Positions 24,440 to 37,086 of a stretch of 64,000 nucleotides of DNA are shown here, in pieces. The stretch spans positions 22,816,001-22,880,000 of the forward strand of contig OZ210885.1 of NCBI GenBank assembly GCA_964658305.1, given 5' to 3'. The stretch's first letter is position 1; every line of letters starts with the position of its first letter. A program made the position numbers and the translations under genes. The notes beneath the pieces were generated by a model. That model was not told the origin of the DNA. It did not search any database and saw nothing but the letters and a program-made list of their open reading frames with translations. Source of the DNA: Leptogorgia sarmentosa (taxonomy: Eukaryota).

Positions 24440-27230
24440 TCACACAATGTCAATTTCCCAGTTACCTTGGTCAAGGATGTTATTGAATTCTTCTCTAAAT
24501 TCACAGTAATTCCCGAAGGTTGACAGTAGTTCTAAGACAGGTCCACATGTATGTGCAATTGGTCTTCTACCAAAACCTTCAAACTTTGGAAATGAAACCT
24601 GAACTTTGCCACTGATCAAAATATCAGAAGCAGTAGTAAACCTAAGAAACTGTAAAAGTGTAAACTTTTAGCTGTCGTCCAAGCCTCAGACAAATCGCTG
24701 TAAAAATCGAAATGCATCTCTCTCAGCATCTGAATTAGGATTTGCATCTAACAGCTGCAAGATCTTCTTTGTTGTGGGTTTGGTTTCTTCATAGAAGTCT
24801 TCAAGTGCAGACAAGGTTTGGAAGGGTGGATATTTCTTTAGTGTTTGAAGGACTGGTTGCCATGTAGCCACCATCAAGTGGGGTTTCTGTATCAACTCCT
24901 GCTGACCAATCTCGATCATTATGGTAGTAATGTTCTCCTTGTTTATCAGTGCTCGACACTTAAATCGTTCCAGGAAATCAAAAAATTCTTCCTGATCCTC
25001 AACACTATCAGGAAATGAATTTCTTGTCATGTAATCTCTAGCCAGCTCTTCTTCTGAAGGTGACAGGTATTTCATGAATGACTCTAGAATAATGGGACCA
25101 GGAACTTCTCTTCCAAACAAGCAGTAAGACACGAAGGCTTTTGAAATGAAGGTTGGAAAATAGGAAATAGATTCATATCCCTTTACAAGGATCCTTGCAA
25201 ATGCTTCCCACTCATCAATAAAGTGATCATGTCTGACAAACGGGACACGTTCTCTCTCCCTCACTGTCATTGCATTTGCAAAGTGTTTCCAAAACAAGGT
25301 AAACACTTCTCTGATTACCCCTTCACCTGCGCCAAGCATTGCTTTCCCCATGTCATTTATAATAGTAAAAGTAAGCTGAACGCCCATGCATGAGTCATCT
25401 TTAAAATGTCTTATCATGTCTTGTTGGACAAATGATCGACATACCTTTAACACTTTGTGGTCTGCACACTGTGTTGAATTAATTTCTTGGGGGGTTTGAT
25501 CTGAAGAGAGACCTGGTTCACGATCAAGAGATTCAGCCACAATATTTTGTGTTGTCCCAGTGAGATAAGCAACTCTTTGTGCTCGTATTTGGTCCAAATC
25601 AACATCTTTGTCTAACTCCACAGCCTCTGGCCCATTGTTTACTTCGTCACATTTCTGGTCAGCAAGCAAAGACTGTGTGTACTCTTCATTCTGTATGCAG
25701 CGAAGACAAGGTTGACCCACCTCATGCATTGTGAAACACACTTCACATGTCACTCTCACTATTGTGTCGAGTGGTTCATAATTTACTACATCTTCGTCAA
25801 AAAGTGATGGAAATCGATCTTCAACAGCTACTTGATTCAGAAATGAAGCACCAGCTCCTGATCCACTTTCATCATCGTCTTCGTTGACTTCAGTTCTCAG
25901 GCTAAAGTATATGGTTGATGGATACATTCCATTTGCATTCAAATAATCACTGACAGTTCCTGCCTCAGGGAAGGCATCAATCACTTCCCCAGAACTACAG
26001 GGGGTTGCCAAAAAAGAGCCCCCTTGCCTCACACAGAAATAAACAAGGTTTATATTCCTGATGTTGTAAAAAAAAGATTACACGACAAATGGGATGTAGA
26101 GAAATAGTCATTTCACTCTAAGAACACAACATTTGGTAAGCAATATGATATCCGCAACTTTTGATGATCTGTGGACTGCACCCAAGGATGTTCTAGACAT
26201 GTTTATGAACGTATTCATGGTTGTTATTCTTCCAACCCTGACTCCTCAAATAACTACTCCTCAATTCGAGATGAACATTTCATATCTAGTCTTCCCTCCT
26301 GGCTCCGCAACAAATTCTCAATGGGATTGAGGTCTGGGCTTTGTGTCAGCAAAAGAACACTTCAATTTTCAATTAAAATTGATTCCTCAGATAATATTCC
26401 ACAATACGAATCGTTCCTGGGAGTCCTTGCCATGCTGCCATATTAAGTTATCTCCATGGAGTAATCGGACTGAAGATTGTTTGAATTAAATTTTTCAGTT
26501 TATTTTAAGCAGAGGCGACGTTTTAGTCCATGGTGATATTTGGTTACATATATGTGCGCTTTATTAGTGGCTGTGCGAGGTCAGTGATATTTGGGCAAAC
26601 ATTCGAGAGTTGATAATCTCTTAACAGCCTCTCTCATCAAAAGCCTGTGTTCATTAATCCTTGTCTTGCGCGGTGTTCCAGAACCTGGCATTCATCCAGC
26701 ACTCTCACTTTCCTTCATACAACTTTTTTTGCCCAAGAATAGCTGAGTCTATATTCGTTGCTACTTTCCAAGCACTCGCGTCTAGCACGGGGTGAGTCCA
26801 ACATTGAAGGTTTCTAGCTATCTTCTTCTTAGCCCTTCCTTCTCATTTGCTTCCTCGATGGCAACAGTTTCACACTGATTACAGTGAGATTGGCTAAAAC
26901 CCATCACTTTTAGCACGAACTATTTGTTGAATGCTTGTGAGGAAATATATTTTATCCATACCGCATGTGCGTCTACATTTACACAAAAAGCCCTTTTTAA
27001 ATAGGGGGGCTCTTTTTTTTTTACTTTTTTCAAATTAACCAGTTGGCCAGCAAATTTATTCTTTCCACCAGGAAAATATAATTTGGTTGCTCTATTTAAA
27101 AGGTCTTCCAAATTTGGCGGATTAGAAGAAAGGTATTCAACAAAACGATTACCACCGCCGTTTTTTTGTCGAACAGGCAAGTACTTTCCGCTTGTTTTGT
27201 CATAGTGATGCCAACAGTGGCGACGCCAGC
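24440..27230 (-). pseudogene. HECT-domain E3 ubiquitin ligase-like gene of IS3EU-like element 1, interrupted by a Tc1 remnant
   Basis: GAGEGVIREVFTLFW, ARILVKGY; past two stops: LQFLRFTTASD..RRPIAHTCGPVLEL (catalytic Cys)..WEIDIV*; 5' piece WHH..YLPVRQKNGGGNRF at ~27030-27230. Confidence 0.8.
25998..27020 (-). mobile_element. Decayed Tc1-type transposon
   Basis: TA|CAGGGGGTTGCCAAAAAAGAGCCCCCT terminus at 25998, partial inverted copy AGGGGGGCTCTTTTT at ~27003; minus-strand QSPDLNPIENL motif at ~26310-26345. Confidence 0.7.
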
Positions 27231-27473
27231 GGTCATGCAAGTCATGCACTGCATGACTAAAAATGTCCCCAAAAATGTTTAAAAATATAAGATTGGTAAA
27301 ATTATTCAGTATAGAATTATACTTTATCTTTGCACTTCTGCGCTGAAGTGTTTTATTCATCATTTTCATTTTATTAGAAAGTACTGTAATCTACAATGCA
27401 GTATAATTTAATAAACCAGGTTAATAAAAAATACTAACAAAATATAAACATAAATCATTTTTAAAATATCAAC

Positions 27474-28009
27474 TCATGAGAATGATTGTTCAAGAAATGT
27501 TTTCTTCAACTTTTGTGCTTCTTCATCTGTTGCACTGGATTTAAGTTTTGTTGCAAGCTTTAAAGCCAATGAACTAGGTTTAACGCTAGCAGACTTGAGA
27601 TTATTGTTTTTCATTGCCATCTTGCACTGCAGCAAAGACACAAGAGAAGATGCTTTGAGAGATGAACGGTGGTCGGTCTTCACAAGCTTCAGCATGCTAA
27701 AAACCCTCTCAACTGCAGCATTCGAGAATGGATAGGATGCAAGAATTTCAATAAATTTTAGAAGCATTGGATATCTTGGCTCCCCTGATGGATACTTTGC
27801 ATTCTTAATCAACAACCAGTATTCAGTCCATTGAAGATTAGGGGCAATTTTATCCTCAAATGAATGTGCTCTCCATTCCAAATCGAGTTTGGTGGGATCA
27901 ATTTCCCTCAAAAAGGGAAACTTGGTCAACACTTGAGATAGGGAAGGTGGCAACAAGGCGCTGGGATTTCCAGGTAAAATGCATTCAAGAAGGCCAAATA
28001 TATCAGAAT
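27474..28009 (-). pseudogene. hAT transposase C-terminal dimerisation domain fragment
   Basis: YPMLLKF..YPFSNAAVERVFSMLKLVKTDHRSSL; cut at 28009 by the terminus of another hAT. Confidence 0.8.
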
Positions 28010-28421
28010 CAGTGGCGGAAATTCAGGTGGGGCGAAGGGGCGAACCGCCCCCCCACCTTCCGTAAAATCGGGAATTTGTCGGAAATTTTCGGTTCTGTCG
28101 GAATTTTGAAAGCAATTGAATATACAGATATTTGTAGAAAGAGTTACTGGAGCGTGAGGCAATTCATACGTAGACCTGATTATCTTTAAGCTATGTTCTA
28201 GTTATATGCTCGTCGTTCTCATATGTTCCCTATTCGCTATTCGATTTTTGAAGACCGGTAAATGACAAAATTTGTGGAATTTTGTGTCAAATAAAGGAAT
28301 TTTGGAGCTCTGTCCAGGAATTCTCAAATCATTGCGTCGAAGGAATTCTGAATCTCAAATCATTGCATCACATACAAAACGATTTTGGAAATACTTTTCA
28401 GTATTTGTTTGTAAAGAGCTG

Positions 28422-28613
28422 TGTAATATATGCTCATATAGTATAGCTATATACGTACACACCTCAAGTAAGTTGATTGACAGCTTAATATAATCACTAG
28501 CACATGCAATTGTAATAGGAACCCGGGGCACTCGCTAGAGCACCTCGACATAGTCAGACCTATGTATTTGATTGAGACACAATAAACTTCTATAAGCACA
28601 CAGAAGTATTACA
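28422..28613 (+). repeat. Gypsy 5' LTR
   Basis: TGTAATA..TATTACA; two substitutions seen relative to the 3' LTR. Confidence 0.97.
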
Positions 28614-28631
28614 TGGTGTCAGGAGTGGGAT
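28614..28631 (+). promoter_or_regulatory. Primer binding site complementary to the tRNA-Leu 3' end
   Basis: TGGTGTCAGGAGTGGGAT directly after the LTR. Confidence 0.85.
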
Positions 28632-28648
28632 ACCATATCAACAGCAAA

Positions 28649-31614
28649 TATGGCATCAGGAAACCTTCAATGGGCAGCGCCTAAACCTTTGAAATTAGAC
28701 GGGAACGTCAGTGAGAACTTTCGCAAGTTTGAGGAACACTGGACGCTCTTTGAGAAAACAGAGCTGAAAGGACGCTCTTAAGAGGAAAGATGTTCATACT
28801 TTCAAGACACTGACGTTCGCAACGCCAGAAAGCGAGACAGACGAAGATGGTGTGACAACGTGGAATAGAACAACAAGCGAGCTAAAATCAGCGTTTAAAG
28901 CCCACTGTAACCCGAGAAAGAACATCACGTACGAACGGCACAAATTCAACATACGGAATCAAGAAGAAAACGAGAGCATCGACCAGTATGTAACTGTATT
29001 ACGCACTCTTGCGGCAACATGTGAATTTCAAACACTTCACGACGGTCTGATTCGCGACCGAATAGTTTGTGGAATTCGAAACCAACACATCAAAGAACGC
29101 CTACTTCGTGAATCTGAGTTAACCCTACAGAAAACTGTGGATATATGTCGCGCATCTGAAGTATCTCGCGAGCAAATGAAGTCTCTAGATCAGAATTCCG
29201 CCAATGTCGATGCATTGGCAAAAGACCACCGCCGAAACAATTACAGAGGACAATCTCGCAGCTATCGAAACAAACCGGAAAACGACAAACCCCCACACAC
29301 ATCCTGCGGTAATTGTGGTCGAGTTCACGAACCAAAATCCTGCCCTGCATACGGGAAAAAGTGCAACCACTGTTGAAAACTAGGACACTTTGCCAAACTA
29401 TGTCGATCACAATCGAAACCAGCAAAGAAATCGGTTCACGGCATCGATTATGATAGCGACTCCTCAACACATGGAATTGACATGGTGAAGACAGCTACGA
29501 CAGGTGACAAAGACGAAGAACACGCGTCCCTAAAAATTAACCACACAACACTTCGCATGAAACTCGACTCTGGGGCCGAGACAAACATTCTAAACAAGAA
29601 AGATTACGAAGCCGCCGTTCCGAAACGACAACGCCAGAGTAAGCTCAAGCCGAGCGCCGCAAAACTGACAGCTTTCGGGGGACAAAATATCCCTGTCATC
29701 GGGAAATGCTATTTAAAGTGCCAATACAAACGAGCAACTCAAGTACTCGAGTTTCAAGTGGTCGAAACGGGTAAATCCTTACTCGGATGCACAAACTGTA
29801 AAAGTATGAAACTTATTACCTTTCATAACGTAGACCAGCTCCGCAGTCAATCACATAACGGCGTAACACCTCAAAGCTCACTTCACGGACTTTCGAGCGA
29901 ACAGATATTTGCTAAATATTCGAAATGCTTCGACGGCCTAGGGCGAATATCCGATCCTTATCACATTAAGATTAATCCTAACGCGACCCCTGTTGTTCAC
30001 CCACCTCGTAAGCTTCCTTCAGCGCTGAGAGATCGTGTGCAGAACGAACTACAAGACATGGAGGAAAAAGGCGTCATCAAGAAAGTGAACGAGCCCACAG
30101 CATGGGTAAACTCCATGGTAGTTAACGAAAAACGCTCTGGGAAACTACGTATATGCATCGATCCGCGAGATCTCAACAAAGCTCTGCTCCGAGAACATTA
30201 CCAGCTCCCCACCCAGCAAGAGATCACCAGCCGCCTGACAGACGCAAAATTCTTCAGCAAACTGGATGCGAACTCTGGATTTTGGCAAATGCCACTCGAT
30301 GACGAGAGCTCCTACTTGACGACGTTTAATACGCCATTTGGTCGCTATCGCTTCACTGTGATACCATTTGGTGTCATCTTCGCGCAAGAAGTCTTTCACA
30401 AAACTGTTCACGAGAAATTCCATGATTTACCTGGATGCGAGACGGACATCGACAATATCCTGATTTGGGGACGAACAATGGAAGAACATGATCAAAACCT
30501 TGAAAGCGTTCTCAATCGCGTGGCAGACATCAATATGACTCTTAGCAAAGACAAGTGTCGGTTTAGCCAAACCGAGATCACCTACCTAGGCGAAAGACTT
30601 ACCGCAAATGGCGTTAAACCTGACGAGACCAAAGTGGAAGCCATCAAAAATTACCCTAAACCTACCAACAGACATGACGTCCAAAGACTGTTAGGCATGG
30701 TCAATTTCATCGCCAAGTTTGCACCGAACATCTCAAATGTCACAGCCCCTCTGAGAGAACTCATCAAGAAGAACGTTGAATTTCACTGGCTCGAACCACA
30801 CGAGAAAGCCTTCCGATACCTACAACATTTACTAACTGACCCTGGTACTCTGCGCTACTACGACGTTGCAAAACCAGTGACACTCCAAGTCAACGCCTCA
30901 CAAAATGGTCTTGGAGCCGCTCTGATACAAGACCAAGGCCCAGTCGCTTATGCATCGAAGGCCATTAATGACACACAACGACGCTATGCTCAGATCGAGA
31001 AAGAACTGCTCGCTGTTGTCTTTGCCTGCAAAAGATTCCACCAGTACGTTTACGGCAAAACCATTACAGTCGAAAGCGATCATAAGCCCTTGGAAGCTAT
31101 CCTCAAAAAACCCTTGTCCCAAGCACCGAGTCGCCTCCAGAAAATGCTGATGCAGCTCCAGGCCTACGATATCAACTTGGTGTACAAGAAAGGCAGCGAA
31201 ATGTATATCGCTGACGCACTCTCACGTGCATTTCCTCCTTCGATTATACATGAACAATTCGAGGAAGACATCGCTTCGGAACAATTCATCCACCTTATGT
31301 CGTCCGAGTCATACGTCACTGACCGGAAAATACAAGCCATTAAAGACGCAGTCCACACAGACGCAACCATGCAGATTTTGGTCCAACAGATACAAGACGG
31401 GTGGCCGAATCATAAAACATTGGTACCACGCGAAGCACGACCGTACTATCCGTACCGCGACCAACTGACAACCGCAGACGGGCTTATCTACAAGACCCAC
31501 AACAACACCCATTCCACCTCAACCGAAGACAAGTCGCTATGGCAGACGGATAAACCAGAATCCCAACTACACAACATAGACAGACAGCATGATGATTGCC
31601 ACACCCTTGAATAG
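28649..31614 (+). pseudogene. Gypsy gag-pol (gag with zinc knuckles, aspartic protease, RT, RNase H)
   Basis: YERHKF..RNQ, IRDRIVCGI, CGNCG..CPAYGKKCNHC, KLDSGAE, LRICIDPRDLN, FSKLDA..GFWQ, TTFNTPFGRY, YAQIEKELLA, SDHKPL, ADALSR; stops in gag. Confidence 0.92.
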
Positions 31615-31758
31615 CTTTACTTTAAGTATAGAATAACCGAACACGTAACCCAAGCTCAGACTTGATTACAAATAATTCAGTGCACGTTAACCTTTTATAT
31701 ATAACAAGAACTAACACACCAATAGTTATGCATGATTACTTTTATAGAAAAAGAGGGA

Positions 31759-31950
31759 TGTAATATATGCTCATATAGTATAGCTATATATGTACACACC
31801 TCAAGTAAGTTGATTGACAGCTTAATATAATCACTAGCACATGCAATTGTAATAGGAACCTGGGGCACTCGCTAGAGCACCTCGACATAGTCAGACCTAT
31901 GTATTTGATTGAGACACAATAAACTTCTATAAGCACACAGAAGTATTACA
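31759..31950 (+). repeat. Gypsy 3' LTR
   Basis: Direct repeat of 28422-28613 preceded by PPT. Confidence 0.97.
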
Positions 31951-31982
31951 AGCTGAACCGCTCGAAACGGAAATAACAAAAT

Positions 31983-33673
31983 ATGTCAAAAGCTAAGAGG
32001 ACAAAGATTGAGTGCTTGTGCTGCCACAGAGTATTTGACAGCGACTACAGAAAGAAACACAACGATATTCACCACAAGAATTTGGTTAGGCAGCGAAAAC
32101 AAATGAAGTATCAAGCTGTTGGGGCATTTGCTAATCCTTTTCAGGTAACCATGTTTGACCATTTTAACAAAAAAAAACTAAGTTTTCGATGTGATGATGA
32201 CTGAGTACCGATTTGCATAACTAAATAAATATGCATCGTTATGCATTTAAGCTGCTTTCGATATTAACTAATCTACCAAAACATAATTGAGACCAATTTA
32301 AATATTCTTTTATGTGCACTTTAATAAGCATGCTCAGTCTCTTTCTGTGATTGAAGTGAATATAATTTTTGAACCTGAACAAGTCTAAGCAGGCTTATAA
32401 TAAGATGTACATAAAAGAATATTTAAATTGGTTTTAAATAGGTATTTTTCATGGTATTTTCTATTTGTGCAATAGCGGTATATTTTCAAATTTTCAAGTG
32501 CGCTAAGACTTCGTGTAATGACAGCTGTGACAGCTGCGTAAAATCTTGTTTTGTCTAATGAATCTCATCACTTGCCAAACCTATGTTGAGCCCTCGAAAT
32601 TCAAAATGGACAATGAAATTTGTTGAATTAATTAACACAGTGAAACATTGAATATTGTAACAATTTCATACAATATTGTGATAATTCTGTACATAGGTTT
32701 CTCAGCCAAAAATTGTGCCTGAGACTGCTAATGAACAAACCACGACACCTCGTTTGGGGAGCAGTGAAATAGAAGACGAGAATGAGGATTTCCACAGTGA
32801 AGGCGAAGTAGACATTAGCGAGGTTGACACCGCTCTTGATCACCACGAGAGAAGTAACATACAAATGGTGGACAAAGATACGCCACAAGTTGAGTTGATA
32901 GACAAAGATGGGCTTCAATGCAGGTATTGTTTTATTTGTTTTTCTTGTTTTATAGTTTGTGAAATATTGGAATCAATATATGTAGGAGTTCAGTCTTTAA
33001 TTATGTTCAGTTTGGTAAAAAATTAAATAATTCAATATCATTCAGATGTCCCACATCCAAAGTTGAATGTACTGAAGATGAAGACAGCGATTGGTCAAGT
33101 ACATCTTTGGATGCTGGGGAAAAGGCTATCCATATTATTGATGTGAGGAAAAAGTTTCCCAACGATCTTGCTCTTTTTCAACTTGAAGATATACATTCAA
33201 ACATTGACTTGAGAAAAGAATTGTGCCGATTAGGTCCTTGCCAGCCTAATGAAGATGATCTGGAAAACGGTTTTCCAATTACAGAGGAGACAAAGCGGTC
33301 TTTTCATCAAGCCTGGTATTTTAAGTCTCTGGCAAGAAGCGATGCTGATGGTAACTTGCACAAGTCAAACATTAGCCTTAAAAGAGATTGGTTAGTTTAC
33401 TCTCCAAGATCAGACCGTATGTTCTGCTTTTGGTGTACCCTGTTTGTTCCTGAAGGAGCTCACTTTAGTGAAGTTAACTGGACGAAGATTGGTATCAACA
33501 ACTGGAAGAAAGGATTAGAGAAGATCAGACACCATGAAAACACTGATATTCACAAGACCGCCGCATTCCAGTACTCGTGTTTTATATCAGGAAATGACAT
33601 CGAGCATTCTCTGAGTGAAAGTGCCAAGCTGGCCGAAAAGAAAAGAACAAGTTGAAAAGAACAGAAAGGTAAT
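31983..33673 (+). pseudogene. Spliced hAT transposase N-terminus (exons 31983-32144, 32697-32923, 33046-~33673) with TTF-type zinc finger
   Basis: GT-AG junctions join the three ORF pieces in frame; FHQAWY, RDWLVYS..FCFWCTLF, GINNWK..HE..H motifs. Confidence 0.75.
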
Positions 33674-36600
33674 TTCAACATTTCGCGTTCAACAGTTCGC
33701 GTTGCAACTTCGGCCCTGGGTTGATGAGATCATCCAAAGAAACCCCGTTCGCCTTGGCCGAACAGTCGAAGACGATTCGCACCTTCGTCTTGTCCATTCT
33801 GATGATTGGGAAATGTGGTAGGTACCATATCTGCAGTGGTATCGTTTCACTCTCAGGCACTTGACGCAAATAGCCTTTTTTCATTTGTTGATATTCCTTA
33901 CCCACAACATGGTCCTTCTTCAGCTTCCTTTCAGTGCTAGAGAGTCGTATCAGTGCTTGTTCTCGATTGTCTGGAAGTGTCGGCCGATTATCTTTCCACG
34001 GAACGGTTATCTTGTATCTCGAGTTTGCGCTGTTATAGCTAACCGATTCCTTCACCTTGTTCAGGGCTTCTGTTTCCTCTACAGTGTGTATTCTAGAATT
34101 AAAGTTCTCCGTCCCACAACTTTCAATTTTCCAGAAGCGCTTAACACTCTCACCTGGCAACATGGCGCGGCACCGGTAATTTCTTGTGTGTTCCTTGACA
34201 ACAGAGTTCGAATAGTGTGAGTTCTGTCGGTCGATTCCTGTCGCTTCACTGTGGATCCAATACAACTCCAACCAAGAGGTCCAAGTCTGGCAATTGGACT
34301 CCCTGGTTCTCCGCGAACGTCCGCTCTCGAATACAGTAAATCCGCGTTGTCTACCCCAATCAATAAGTCTACCAACACGTCTTCTGCTGGTGTTGCAAAA
34401 TCACAAACTTGTAAATGTGGCCAGTTTCCCTTATTCTTCGACCAGTCCTCGACCTTGTAGGTTCCAGTTACGTTCTGTGGGCATGTTTTAGCACTGATTT
34501 CTTTGCGATACTGTCCGTCAACCCCTTCTATCATAACCTTAACAGGCATAGATTGGAAGGTTTCAACCTGGTCATTTAACACATGAACCTTCACGGCTTT
34601 GTACGGTTCTTGTAGTCCCAACGCTCCAGCAACCTGTTCGTTCAGAAATGTCTCGTTAGACGCATCGTCCAGAATGGCATTAATTTTTACTTTCCTTCCA
34701 TTAGCCTTTACCCATACCGGGATCGTACGGAGCGAGAGAGCTTCTGCAGCGGGTTCATCATGGTTTGTTGAGGTATGGGTTCGATGTCCTGCCCCCTCCC
34801 ATGGCAACTCTATCTTCTCCTCGTCATCTCATCTTTTACTGTCTTCGTGCAACAAATTATGATGGCTCTTTTTACATCCCTGTACTGTGCAGGTCTTCGA
34901 TCTTGTACAATCCTTTCCAAGATGATTGCTTGCGAGGCATCGGAAGCATAAACGTTTCTCCTTTGCAACTTTCCACCGGTCAGGCACGGTCATACCACTA
35001 AAGTTCTTGCAAGACCACACTCCATGATTACCCCCACACACTACACAAGGAGGCTTAGAATACATGTTACCAGCATCGCCATCTTTATTCTTTACTTGTT
35101 CTCGAGAAGTGTACAAGGTTCGAGGTCGGTAGCCTCTTTCGAATTGCTTGTACTTTCCTCTATCGTAATCTCTAGGCTTCGAGTCTACTCCCTGGGCCAT
35201 TTCTGTCGCCTCGACTCTGATATGTACCTCTTCTTTCAACCAATCGCGTAGTGTTAACACCGATCGTTCTTTACGTTGCTCGCTCAGCTATCTACTGTAG
35301 TTTTCTACCTGTCTTTCTGCTAGCTTTCTTACCAAAAGACTGTGTAGTGCACCATCTCCCAATTCACCACTACGTTCTTCTGCTTGTAATTTTACCACAG
35401 TTACCCGGACAAGATCTGCAAACTTTTCGAAAGCCTGAATGTCATTATGTTTCAACGCCGGCATGTTCTCTAACTGATCTAGGTAGGCCTGCAGTTGACG
35501 GGGCTGTCCTCCAAACTTAGTTTTTAATATTTCTTTGGCCTCATCATATTCTGGTTCAGTGACACCCAATCCCCGAATTGCATCCAGTGCATTTCCTGAC
35601 AGACTTTGACGTAGACGGGCCATCTTTATATTCACAGGCTCATTTCCCTCATCTACTAGACTGGCGAATAGTGCCCAAAAATCTTCAAAACGAGTTTTAT
35701 CACCATTAAACACTGGAACAGTCAATGGTTTGAGCTTATGGGGTGTGCTAGTAGGATTGCTTGGCGAGCTTGGTGGGCTCACTTCCGTAAGTGTAGTTGC
35801 TGGACTGGTATTCTCCATTACCTGAGCAGATGCTGTCTGTGAACTATTTCCCATGAATTCTCTAATTATGTGCTGGGCTTTCTCTACCGCCTGATGCACG
35901 TCTGCTTCGAAATTATCCTGTTCCGTTAAGATAGCTAGCTTAGCCTCTGATTGGCTTGATTTTATATAAGTTGAGCACAGTTCATCCATAACCGACAACC
36001 CTCTTTCTAAGGCTTCCCATAATGTCTCAATCTCTCTTTCTATGGCTTCGCAATTCAACTTGTTCTTGTGCACACATAATTTTTCTATGTTATGCCTTAT
36101 TCTTGTCACAGCTGTTTTCCTTGCCCTCTTTTCTCTCTTTAACCCTAATACCCTTTCTTCAACTGCCTGAGATTCATCTATTTGAGGGGTTTGGTTTGTT
36201 GTTTCACCGTCCGTCATAACTATAGCCTTTACTTTAGCTTTTACGTAAAAGTTTGTACTCACAAATCAATTGATTTCTTGTTTATCCTCTGCTATCACCA
36301 GATGTCCACTCGGTGAACAGCGTGGTCGACGATTTTCCAAAACTGCCCAATAAATTCCCAAATTTTTTTACGCACTTTTCCCACAAAACCAGCCAATAAC
36401 GTTCAATCCAAACCCACGATTACCACGTATTCATAACAACCATTCAATATGCTTCCAATATCGATGTGAAACGAATAAAACCTTTTACTATAAAACACTT
36501 GACCACGATGCCGTCAAATTTCCCCATATAAATCGATGCAAAAATTAGCGATTAAACTTTAAAAATCCATGTTCTCGACAAAGGTCCTGGCAGGATCGCC

Positions 36601-36797
36601 AAATGTTTAGTTGACAGATGGTTCGGTGTCGAAACAAGACGATGAAAAGTTTGACAAAAATATAATTATGATAAATAACATGCAGTATACAAAATATGCG
36701 TAGAACCCAACCGCTACCGAACAACAACAACCTAGTCACGTGTCCCGCGTACACACGCGTGTCGACCAGTACAAAACTGTTCACATCCTTCTTAACA
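33674..36797 (-). mobile_element. BEL/Pao retrotransposon 5' half (LTR, gag, protease, start of RT)
   Basis: Putative LTR 36570-36797 (TGTT..AACA); gag VPVFNGD..F..LV, three Cys/His knuckles (CVVC..H..C, CFRC..H..C, C..C..HH.LLH), AILDDAS protease, WYLPHFP..KVRIVFDCSA..GPKLQ. Confidence 0.9.
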
Positions 36798-37086
36798 GGC
36801 CCGTTCTGGTCAAAATTATCGTAATTTATTTAACGGACACAGAATTATTTATTCATCCAAAACAGTTATTTTGTTAAATATCTCAATTATTTTTTAGTGA
36901 ATTGAAATCAAATAATTATGTTGATATTAATTTATTTGGTGTTTGAATTATTTTTGTTGGTGCTTCTAATTAATTTTACGTGTACCAATTAATTTTGGCA
37001 AATCGCAAGAGGCACCGCAGCCCTCAAAGAATTTTCCCGTGCAAATTTCTCAGCACCAGTCCCCAGTCGCACTCGGTTGGGTAAAC

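Larger units (their letters stand above)
21450..27260. mobile_element. IS3EU-like DNA transposon 1 (transposase + convergent HECT gene); right end missing, right coordinate approximate
   Basis: Left terminus TACGATGGCCCAGAAGG followed by CAGTCCAGTAAAA subterminal repeats; two convergent genes. Confidence 0.7.
28422..31950 (+). mobile_element. Gypsy/Ty3 LTR retrotransposon lacking integrase
   Basis: 192-bp TG..CA LTRs, AGCTG TSD (28417-28421, 31951-31955), PBS, PPT AGAAAAAGAGGGA, gag-protease-RT-RNase H. Confidence 0.97.
28010..33673 (+). mobile_element. 5' half of a hAT (ZMYM1-like) transposon carrying a Gypsy insertion; truncated at the BEL fragment
   Basis: CAGTGGCGGA terminus with G/C-rich subterminal tract at 28010; spliced transposase N-terminus downstream of the Gypsy. 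Confidence 0.7.

Noticed and set aside
28614..28631. tRNA gene
   Set aside because: Only an 18-nt complement of a tRNA 3' end (PBS); no cloverleaf. No tRNA or rRNA genes were recognised in the window
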